Shown here: one piece after another, positions 38,301 through 49,830 of the stretch
Numbering within the stretch: the stretch's first letter is position 1
How the letters are laid out: each line of letters opens with the position of its first letter
NCBI GenBank assembly: GCA_964035545.1
Contig: OZ037770.1
Location: 14,808,642 to 14,872,641, forward strand
Length of the DNA stretch: 64,000 nucleotides
Source of the DNA: Bugula neritina
Lineage: Eukaryota; Animalia; Bryozoa
Direction: 5' to 3'
Notes under the pieces: generated by a model
Told to the model about the DNA's origin: nothing
The model's database searches: none
The model's input: only the letters and a program-made list of their open reading frames with translations
Translations under genes and position numbers: made by a program

Positions 38301-41300
38301 ATGATGAATCGGAGAGATCAAAGTTATTTGCTAAACTCAGAGATCTTGGTCATCGTGCAACACATGATGGCCAAGAGAAAAATGGAGATTGGAAGGAAGG
38401 AGTCTTTTACTTCAAAGCAGCCAGCCAATCCGAGTGAAGATAACAAACCAAGCAAAGGTAAATGCGTGAGTAGCTTAGAAGTTTTTGAGCAATGCATAAT
38501 TTGTTGCATTTACATCATTTTATGCTTTTGACAGAACAAATCGATTTCGATTCTAACTGTATTAACTTCTGAATCAACATATAAGATGTTTATTAATGAA
38601 AGTGAGACCAAAAAACAGCATTTCCATGTTTTTTTGTACTAAAAGTTTAGGTAAAACACTCTTTGCTAAAATAGATATGCTTATTATAGCTTTAGATTGT
38701 AAACAATGTTGTGCACATGCTGTGTAATAGCGGACATTGATAAGGATTAAGAAGTGGGAGTGCTTGACAAAAAGTTGATAAAACTTATTCACTAGTAACA
38801 ATGCTCAAGCAATTTGAAACCTTGTACATACAAATACAGCTACTTAAATTTATAACATAAACTTCATAATTGATCTATTTATTACTTATTGATAAAATAT
38901 TGAAGTACGAAGTATTGAAAACTCATTGATTCATAATTTAATGTGTTTATTTATACTTAGAGTGAAATTAAGTAGAGGCCATGTAAATAGAGTTATAATA
39001 AGGAAAAGCTAATTGAGATGGTTAGAGCTTCGATGTATGTCCAACTAATTTCAAAGGCAGCTGCAAGTTTTAAATGCCTGAGAAACTTTGTAACTCTTAT
39101 CAGTTTATGAGAAAAAGGCTTCTGTTATGGTCGTTGAAATTTTAACTAAAGTTTATCTCTAGTTTGAAGCAAAAAGCAAAATTCAAAACTATATTTTTTA
39201 TGTTGAGAAGGTTGAAAAGCTAAAAAGTTAAAAAGCCAGTACTTTTGACTTTTGCTTCAAGGGGTATCATGTAAGTTCATATGCTACTTTCAGTAAGTTA
39301 CTAGCTTGAATTATATAATTATAGCGGTTTTTATGTATCATTCAATTCATTAGTAACGCCTATAAGTCTACCTGCAACTGCGTAGTCGGTATAGTCATCG
39401 AGTATATAGCAAACACCATAATTCAGATGTGAAACATTTCCATAACATAATCTTATTAAACCAACATAATCATTGATTCAAATTAGTTTCTATAACTCAT
39501 GTAGCTTTCTTTGTACATAGAAATGTGTTACGCATAAAATATGTTTGCTGTACAGCTTTATAACCTGCCTCAATGCATGCCTATCATCGTGTATGTAATT
39601 ATAATCATAATTGAGCGTATATGCACTCATATAATCATATATGCTGTAGTAGCTTAGCCTACAGTCCCTATTATAATGCTGTGTTCCATATTCTAGAGTT
39701 CTCTTCTCTATAATAGTGGTGGGATTATTGTGCCGACAACTGGAGTTACCTTCTCTAAAGCCATCATTATGTTAACAACTAATATATAATATTTGAACTT
39801 TGAAAGTGGGTGCATTTAACTATTGTTGAAGAGTAAATAGGAATCAGCCATAACATAATAAGGGAAAGCTACACCATATAATACGCTAGGCTGGCTTTGC
39901 ATTGCATGTCTTATCTATTTAAAGTCACTGGGTATATGTCAAAGTTATAGCAATTATATAACACAGAACAACTATAATGAATTTTCATTAAACTGAAACT
40001 GCAAAAAATTGGACGCAGGAGTTGTGTTTATTTGTAAAATTAGTGTGATAAATATATTGCACATAACATATTATAATGATTTGATACTATACACTTGTGT
40101 GCGTGTGTGTGCATGCGTACACACACACACACACACACTCACACACACACATACACTCACACACACACAAACAGACACACACGCACAGGCACACAAACAA
40201 ATATTAGTTAAAATCTCCCACTAAAAAATGGTTTCATACAGGAAATCACACTCGTCAAATGCTAGTCTTATATAGCTTTTAGCAAAAGTTCTCAATAACA
40301 TATAGTATGTAAGAAGATTTCAACATTCATCTGTAGATTACTTTTATAATATTGTTTCTAAAGAGCTGGGGCTATTATCAGCTTTTATAATGCTATTAGT
40401 GTCTGGTTGGTCCCGAGAGAGCGTTAATAAGCAATAGTGAAAAGAAAATGGTACTTAGGATAATTCAATCGAATAAGGTAAATGTGATGCACATTCGTCA
40501 TCTTTAAGAGCCACGGCTAGGGAATATCGTTTATGGAAACCTGACCTGACGTTGATTACGTAGAACCAGACACTTTATTAGAGTCTTCCTTTTATATCTT
40601 ATTTCCTTCAAGTTGCAATCAGTTTGTCAGCAACATATTTCATTGGCTGATACTACAAAGGGGCGTGGCGCTAGATGCAGCTTCCAGGCTGTGTGATGGA
40701 GAGTCGAACCAAAGTGTTATCGAGTTACAAATTACTGATATTAGTAGCTTCTGTCAGTAACTCGTAGACTAGTGTCCAGTCTGAAAGATTAGTCATGGAT
40801 CTTTACTGTATGTATATATCTTAGATATTATGTTTATTCTACAATTTATAATTTCTGGATTTAAAAATTGTTTTAATCTTGTCTCTGTTATCATAACATA
40901 GAAAAAACCCTTTGAGTGGTAAAATATTTTCCTTTATATCAGTTATTAGTTACGTTTATAATTTCTTTAACTACAATAATTTTGTTTGAGTGAGGCAACG
41001 TCGAATTCATTGTCGTTATATAGGAACTACAGTTAATAAATGATATTTTATTTTAATTATATTAAAACAAATAAGCAGTTAAAAACATTTTAAATTATTC
41101 TGTCTGCTTTATGACTACCTACCTTTCAGCTTAGGATAACCATATTCCTTTCCAACCAAACAAAGCTTGCTTTTTATTAAGAAAAAACAAGATATAATTC
41201 TCATTCATTTCCAAGTAGAATATTCAAAGTCTCTTTACATCATGCTTACATAAACATAACATCCTTTAATTAGTTTAGAAAACTCCCGAAAGTCTCATTA

Positions 41301-44300
41301 CCAGCATATTCAGTCCGACTCTAATCAATATATTTAATTGAACAATTACAGACGACAGTGAGTACAGTACAGACGCAGAGTTGTCTGACTACAGTGATGA
41401 CCCTGCGTCCTTACATGAGTCAGACTTGTGCGCCAGCGACGTCAACACTGATGACATCATTTCCTCTACTACTGACCTCGGTAGTCCAGAACATCTCGTC
41501 GAGAAGGAGGAAGTGACTCAGCATCGGGCGCCTCCCGGCGCAGTGTTAAAGAAGAGAGGTATTTATAAATGTGCGTGTGTGCGTGTGTGCGTGTGTGCGT
41601 GTGTGCGTGTGTGCGTGTGTGCGTGTGTGCGTGTGTGCGTGTGTGCGTGTGTGCGTGTGTGCGTGTGTGCGTGTGTGTGCGTTAATATTTTTATTATTAT
41701 AGGTGTGAGGATAAACTGCAATTGTGAATAAAAAGGTATAACTTATACAGTATCTGCCACAGGTTTATTACTGTTAGATGCACATTCAGTTGTCTATAAG
41801 GTAAAGTTTGTGGGTACAAGAGCACGTATGTGCTAATGCATAAAATGCTATTGCTTATTCTGAGCAGATATAGTTTGCAAACATTTTAAGGTTTCACGAT
41901 TATTTAAGCAGAACTGGTTCCATACAATCTATTACAGACTATCCCTTAACCAATTGTACGGTCAGCCTTTGCAAGTGGTAGAAATAATATGCTTTCCCTT
42001 ATAAACTGGATAGTTGTTCTGAGAAGGTTAAAAGTTTAACTGAGTTCTACTTAAATCTGAAATTGTTAGGTTTCTAATGACATTTAACCTGTAAATCATC
42101 AATATAGAATATTAGTTGATTTGCCTTTAATAGAACATAGGCTAGTATTCTATAGAACTTGGGCTAGCATTTCAGATACCACCACAAACAGCTGCAGTTT
42201 TAATGGTTCCTAGAGTTTTATAAACTTGTATTTTATGTGCTTTGCCATCCAGTATGGTGTGGTTCAAAGTGACTATTGCAAGGTGAACCATTTAAATAAG
42301 TAAGCTATTTGACACCCTGTTTGACACCCTGATTGACACATCTTTTGTCATCAATGGTAAATTAGATGCTGTATATATGAGAAGTAACAATTTATGTTCT
42401 CAAGTGTGAGCTTCTGTTGATGCAGCAATGAAAGAGTGCAAATAGTTTTTGCAATCAGCTTTGCTAAAATGAAAATTGCTAAGTCAAAGAATCTCTCAAC
42501 TCTGAGTGGGTGATTTAGCTCACAGTACTCTTAAGCAAAGTTAATTATTTCTTTTGTATTACATGAATACTGTTGCTGTTGGTTTCACAGGCAGCTTCTT
42601 TCAGTTCATGGTTAAACGAGCACAAAAGTGGAAGAAAAAGAAATCTGAAAAGATGAATAGCCAGAAAAGCAATGAAGAGTTTTTGCATACTAAGGTGAAT
42701 TCTGGAATACCATCTGGTAAGTTTGAAGCAGCAAATAAACATGTAGTTTTTATCGGATATTTGAATAAAAGTAAAATGAGAGAGATGGAATGCAATGTAC
42801 TTTAAGACTACATGATAATTGATAAATTCATTTTTAGATTGCAATTGATCAGTCTAAAACTAAAAATTGAGCAGCTATTTGAACAAGTTTGAACTCTGGG
42901 GAGAATATTTGCTGCACAGCAAATATTCTCCCCAGAGTTTCAAAGCTTTTTATATAGAGCTTTTATATAAAGCTTTTTTCAAAAACAAATAAATAAACAG
43001 AGTGGAGGAAAGAACACAAACACAGTGCATCTAGCTGTAGAACTCAACTGTAATACATTTTATTCTCTTGTATTCCCCTGCTATACAAAACTTACATCCA
43101 GCTTGCTCAGCTAATATACCAAATTTCTTCATTGTACCACAAAGCATTTACTTTCTATAAAAAATAGAATTTATTATATTATCTTAATAAAAGAACTTTC
43201 TTCAACTCCTTTCAGCTAAAACTTAAATATTTTGTAGTCTGTGAATCCATAGAACCGACAACTCCCAGTGACAACCCTGTTGCACCTGTTGACACCCCTC
43301 AACTCTTTGAAACTGACACCATTCTAGACCCCAAAAACCTCTACACTCAGAAATTTCCTACAGATAAGGAGACAACTCTCAATCAGCTGTTTGTTTCATC
43401 TAGTGAGTCACTTGAGTGCGTAGACAACTCTAAAAGTTTAAAAAATAATGTAACTAAAGAAGGCGATGACAAAACAGCTTTAAATACGAGTATTGAAAAA
43501 GCGTTGAGTCCGCCAGGAATAGTCATACCAAAGCATGGATATTATGGACTGAGTGAGGGTGACATTCCTGGGCAGGTGGCTCGTTGTGATTCTGATGTCA
43601 GTGTCAACACCATACTTTCAGAAGAGCACCTGCTAGCAGAATATGTGCATGACATGTCACTAGAAATTTATGAGCAGGTGAGAGCAGGTGTTTTAATAAT
43701 TTCTAGAACGTATAGATGTTTATAGAGTACTACTTTAGGTCACAGCTCAAAGTGTTGCAGCATATATCTATATATGCGTGTATATACATATATAATATAA
43801 TATAATACAACATAATATAATATAATACAATATAATACAACATAATATAATATAATACAACATAATATAATATAATACAATATAATATAATGTAATATAA
43901 TATAATGCAACATAATATAATATACTATATAGAACGATGAAACCAAGCACTTGAAGCTACCTAGCAAGGCTATAACCAGACTAGTTTCTAGCCTGGAAAA
44001 CATACCCTTGGAATGCTCATCTCCAGAAAAACTGTCCAAAATTGTCTGCAAGAGTTTACTCAACCTTGGAGCTGAAGCTAAGGAAGTGAAAAGTCAGCAG
44101 GCTAGGAGACTCGGCAGAAACTCTTCTTACCAAAAGCTAACTGACTCATACTCTCAGTCTAACCGGGATAGTCTGGGTGAATATGCTAGCGTGAGTGACA
44201 GTTATAGTTGTCTTCCCTTGTATAAAACTTTTATCAAGATGCCAGTTTTATTATATACAATACGCTAACATTTCGCTTGATATTTTAGCATTATATAATA

Positions 44301-44610
44301 GGAGAACAAATTAGATACTAAAATATTTCATCAAAGTTGTGAGAATTTGATATATAAGCAAATTTAAATCTCATGTTCAACCTTGACACTGCAGTGTTCA
44401 GATGAGAGTGACAGTTGGGGGATGACAGAAGACGATGAAGTAACGGCTCCTTTAGCTTCAGAGGAAGTTGCTCTTTGTGGTATCGAGATCCACGCTAGCC
44501 CTGAAGATAAGGAGGGGGCGCTGACAGCGTCCCCGTCCAGACACAAACTACTACAAACTATGATAAACTATGTTAGACAGTTTCCTAAAGCTTTTAAAAG
44601 GCAGGCTTAA
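38301..44610 (+). CDS. Uncharacterised acidic/Ser-rich, largely disordered protein (about 467 aa; about 419 aa from the alternative first exon 40795-40807)
   Basis: Exons 38301-38457 (or 40795-40807), 41352-41558, 42591-42716, 43238-43677, 43933-44190, 44395-44610 splice in frame (phases 1,1,1,0,0) with no stops. No domain recognised. Confidence 0.65.
40638..40807 (+). promoter_or_regulatory. Candidate internal promoter and alternative first exon
   Basis: ATTGG (reverse CCAAT) at about 40642 and GGGGCGTGG GC-box at 40660, then ATG GAT CTT TAC T|GTATGT, a phase-1 donor compatible with exon 41352. Confidence 0.5.
41570..41681. repeat. Compound (GT/GC) microsatellite
   Basis: GTGTGCGTGTGTGC... 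run directly after the donor at 41559. Confidence 0.95.
42892..42939. repeat. Perfect 23-bp inverted repeat with 2-nt spacer
   Basis: AACTCTGGGGAGAATATTTGCTG-CA-CAGCAAATATTCTCCCCAGAGTT. Confidence 0.95.
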
Positions 44611-45802
44611 TTACATGGTTGTCTATTGGATGGTATATTCTGGTTTTAGATGTCACATTGAACCATATTTTTTAAACTTGAATGTTTTTCAACTATTTGA
44701 ATAAATGTGAAAATTTTATTTTAGTTAATTTTAATTTGCTTAAAAAGATACATGTATTAGGATGCTTCAACCTCCATAAATTGTTGCATGTGTACGAGAC
44801 TACGATGGCATATTTTATTATGTCAAAGCTGTAATATTATACATGACAATGTTATCTTTACAGATTATTACTAATTAGTATTGTACTTTTGCACTTGTGT
44901 ATTGAAGTTGAGTTTTGTCCATGAATATAACATGCGAATATTAAAAATGTTATGCAATTATGAAAAGCTACATACAACTTGTCAAGTTAGAACAAAATAT
45001 TTCGCAGAAAGAAAATTGGCTTCCAATGAAGCTACAAGTATACAAGTGTCTAGCAGCTTTCAAATATGTGATATTTTTAGTAAAGCACGAATTTAAAAGT
45101 AGTCTGCATTACTGATCAGCTTTTACTGGATGAAAAATATTTACATGTGGAAGATTCTTAATAAAACTTTTTCCAATTGTTGCCAGTGCATGACATATAT
45201 ATTATGTGTATGTATATCTCCTGGCATATTGTGCGAATGTGCACACGCACACATAAATATAGCTATATAAGTATATCATATAGATATTGTATTACAAGCT
45301 TGCAATGGTTTAAAATAAATTTATTTTTATAGCAAGAAAACAAATTAATAATATATCAAGTGTTGACAGGATTTACAAAATAGAAAGAAAAGTCACCAAC
45401 CTTTAAACTTGTGTAAAATGAAGTCCAATATCAAATCTAGACACACTTTGGCATAATTATAAGAGCCAGGAATATATATTATACTTTAGAATCGTAATAT
45501 GAAAATAAATTTAGAAATAATTGAAGTGTCTACCGATTTTAAATAATGCATGAATATAAAAGGCATAAATACCACAACTTCGATGCCAAACGCACATCAC
45601 AAATCTTTACACAAAGAAATAATATGTAGTTTATTGACAGATGTAACAAAGTCTCCTATTGGGCAGCTGTAGCAACATCAGCTAATAATGTTATTAGAAC
45701 AAAAGCAGAAGTGTGATCTACCAAATAGATTGTGTACAGCAAAAGGAAACAGTTTCTTGAATTTAGCGGTATTACGAGAGATGCCGGTCACAGGTTGGGA
45801 CG

Positions 45803-48551
45803 TCAACAACAGCCCCCCTTCTTTTGTGTTGCTGGAGCAGCTGAATCGTCGGCTATTACTACACTTCCTCTGCCGCCAACAGCTCGGTCAGAGCCGGATT
45901 CATCGCTAGATAACTTCTTTTGTAACATACCTGGGAAGAGAAATGTCACGATTACGATGCAGTAGTTATTATAGAGTGATTGTAGACTGACTAGTGCCAG
46001 CGTAGTATTTTATTCAGTCTACTGGTAGTCTGATACAATACTGAGAGTGACTAGAGTGATACTAGACTGAAACTAGAGTGATACTAGACTGAAACTAGAG
46101 TGATGTTAGACTGATATTTGAAACTAGTGAAACATCACTCTAATGAGTGATACTAGAGTGATATTAGACTGAAACTAGAGTGATATTAGACTGAAACTAG
46201 AGTGATATTAGACTGAAACTAGAGTGATATTAAAGTGATACTTACGCTTGGAGAGATCCACAAACAATTCTTCTACTCCTTTATTTAGTTTAGCTGAACT
46301 ATGGTAATGTTTTGCACCAACAGACTTGGCATACCTACAAAGAGCAACAAGAAATGTATTGTGTGCGTGTGTGATATGTGTGTGATATGTGTGTGCACAT
46401 GTGTGTGTGCGCGTGTGTGTGTGAGTGTGTGTGTGTGTTATGTGTTATTTGGTTACAGCTACTCACTCTTCTGCTGCTGCCGCTGCTACGTGTCGCTCTT
46501 TCTCTTTGTCTATTTTATTCCCCACAATGCATAGCTGCACTGCATTACCTAACATTTTACGCAACTCTTTCACCCACATTTTCACCTGCAAAATTATGAA
46601 CAACAAATATACAAGTACAATTTAACTCAAAGTATACAGCGAGATGCACTCAACACATTCAAAGTATTCCCCCCCTCCCCCCTCCCTGAGTATATAATCA
46701 GATTCCAACCATGCTTCCTTGAAACGGGAGGGGGAGATTAAATTATGAAGCAAAGGTGCTTTAAAATGTTTTAAATGTATTACATTAAAGTGCATGCAAC
46801 TCCGCATTACTCATATTTCCTAAATATACAAAAACCTAGTTCTTGCACTAGAACATGGGGCACACAACTCAAAATCTCAGGAAGTAGCCGACAGTGCTTG
46901 TGGTAAGAGGAAACTAATGCAATACCTTCTCGAAAGAGTCCTCATCTGTGATGTCATAGACTAGGATGGCCCCCTGGGAGTCTCTATAATAGATGGGCCC
47001 GAGGGCGTGGAACCTCTCCTGGCCTGCTGTATCCTAGTAACAGAACGACAAAGCTGTGTGCAACAGGTTAATAGGTCATATTATAGGAACACGGTGTACC
47101 ACCTCAACTAAGTTGTACTTCACTACACTATATAGACATTACGTTTCCTCACAAAGCTTTAATTAATTTGTTTAATTGTATAACAGGGTTACACACACCA
47201 TAGCAACGAGTTAAACGCTGTAGTAACGAGTTAAACGCTGTAGTAATGAGTTAAACGCTCACCCATATTGCCAGGCTAACCCGAGATCCATTAATGTTCA
47301 ATTTTTTTGTTAGAAAGGACGCCTAAAAGTATAGCATATTATGGATGTCAAAGGTTTTGACAAAAACATTCAGTTGCAACATTTTAATTATGCTCTTGAA
47401 AGATTTGGAAATTTCTAGAATAACAAGGAGTATAGTTAGCACTATTCAAATATAATATAATAAAATTCTATTGGGTACAAAGCAAGGCTTCCGGTTGGCA
47501 TTAGATTTTGTTTTAACAACTGTTTGAAACGATTGTTACAGCTTGTTCTGTTTACATTCACTTAATACAACAGCTTTTTATGCCCAAAAGTTTTTAATGC
47601 TTCAAAATCTAGAACAGTAACATTTAGTTTTATAAACAGCTAACAACTCACACTAACAACATACGTTTGTCACTTATACTCAGTTAGTATATTTATTTGC
47701 AGAAACACAATGCAACTATGAGAGATGCCAAAACAGTATTAAAATGTGATGATAAACGACTTTAACAAATGCAAAAATAAATACTTGGCATCAAAGCTTT
47801 AGCACATGCCACCCACAAGTGATAACTAACAGACCTAGACAAGTCTAATATAAATATTCTGTCTGATAAACCACAAACATAACAACAGCAACTAGCGACA
47901 AAAATACCATCGATCACCTGAATCAATGTAATTGTGACAAGTATCACAACTAACACAACTGCAAGACTATTTTGAGTAGGTACATGTAAGACTGACAAAC
48001 CAACCTAAAAAATTTAATTTAATTTTCCTTAAAGTAAGGGTAAGCTTAAGTTAAGAGTACTAGTTAGACTTACTGTTAGGTCAAGACCTAACAAATAACA
48101 CTAACACTAACAATAACAATGACTGATTTAGTTTTACTTTTAGCAAATAACTTACTTGGTTTTACATCTCCATGTAGATCTACTCGAATACCAACAGTGT
48201 TACTAATAGTATAACTTTATAAGTATAACTCTAATAGTAATAGTCATTTTGATAATCAAAATTTGATTTGGATTTGGTCTTCACTTCTTGAAGTTCAACA
48301 TAAACATTAAGTTGAACATCAAATTTACTTTTAGTGATCAAAGTGAGTAATCAACATGGTCTCACCTTAGTTACTAGCCTAGAAATATAAAACAGCAAAT
48401 GAAACATCTGATAACATACCTGTAAAGTAGAATAATGTTTATCATTAAATTTATCCTCCACGTATCTTAGTACCAAACTAGTTTTACCAACGCATCCTTC
48501 ACCCAGCAGTACAATCTTAAAACTGCTGGTACGATTTTGAGCCCCCGCCAT
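45803..48551 (-). CDS. RAB21: Ras-related protein Rab-21
   Basis: Exons 48551-48420, 47322-47263, 47033-46926, 46585-46467, 46334-46246, 45930-45803. Motifs [37 protein letters not shown] and C-terminal GGCC; the sequence is Rab21-diagnostic. Confidence 0.96.
46040..46241. repeat. 21-bp minisatellite (CTAGAGTGATATTAGACTGAA) abutting the RAB21 exon 5 donor
   Basis: About 8 degenerate copies filling most of the last RAB21 intron. Confidence 0.85.
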
Positions 48552-49830
48552 TAAACTATCTTTTTTCAGTTTTTGAAAACATTTAATTTTATTGCTAAAT
48601 TGATCGAGTTTCTGGATTTATATTATCAACTAAAAGAAGTCACTTGATGCTGAATTACAGAGCAGGGTGAAGTTTCTACTTTGACTTCGCGTATTGAAGT
48701 TTCACTCCTTCATGTTTCAGGATGTGATGTTAGGGTCATGTGGTGAGATAGTCCGGTTATTGTCGCTTCAACGGTATAGCAACATGTCGATTACATAACG
48801 AAATGATTTTGCACGCAATACAGGTTGCACCCTTAGTGAATGTTTTTGTTTCCGTAGTTTCGTTTTAAGTTGTGTTTCTTCTCGAACAAGTTACATGTAT
48901 AAAAAATATACCCGAAGGTTCTGGAAATAGTAAGCTGATCTTACTTTTTAGATGCTTAAAACTTTCGTTTGTTTTTTAGCTATTTGTATAAAACTAATAT
49001 AATTTATAGTTATAGCCTAGACCCGTAGGCTGATCTTCGTTGCTGTAACTGTAAGTGTAAGTTAGTAACATATTTGTGATTTGACATTCAGTGAGATTCA
49101 CATTGTGATTGTCATTGTGATTGTGACATTCACATTGAGTTTGACATAGTGATACTAATACTGCTAGTGATACTGATAGACTGGGAGTGATAACTGATAG
49201 CCGCGAGACCGAGTGATAGCGAAGGTGAGAAGCACTTACAGTTACTGTTAGTGAGTTACACTGACAGACTGATCTGAGACTGAATTCAATTGTATGTCAC
49301 TATGACTATTCCCTAAGCTCTCTTTTGTGTCCTGTTGGCTGTTGCTGTTACCATTTTCTGTTAAGGTTGTTAGCTCCATTTTCATTTTGGATTTGTAAGT
49401 GTATAGATTGATAGTTTAATAGTAGGCTAATACTAATGCTAGTATTAAAATTAGACTAGCTGCCCTAGCAACTTTAGCGTAATTTTTAGTGATTATACTT
49501 ATACTAACTCTTGTATTCACTATTTTCAATTTAATCGAAATATTTATAAAAAGTTACATTGATAAAATGTAACTTTTAGTTTTTATAATAAATAATTGAT
49601 TTAAGTGGTTTTAAAATAATTATTTATTATAAATTAAAATATGTATACGTTTACTACAAGAACGGGAAGTTAGTTTTAGCAATATTAAAATAAAAGGTAG
49701 GGTATTTGAAAAGCAAAAAAGGAAACATACATCGTGCATACAACTCAATATCACTGCTTTAAAGCTATTTTCCTAAATTAGTAATGTTTAGACATCAAAC
49801 TCAATAGTAACTCATGATTTTAGAATACCA

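Noticed and set aside
49021-49045. ACCCGTAG resembling the miR-100/miR-10 family 5' end
   Set aside because: Only the seed matches; the rest of the mature sequence and a precursor hairpin are absent.
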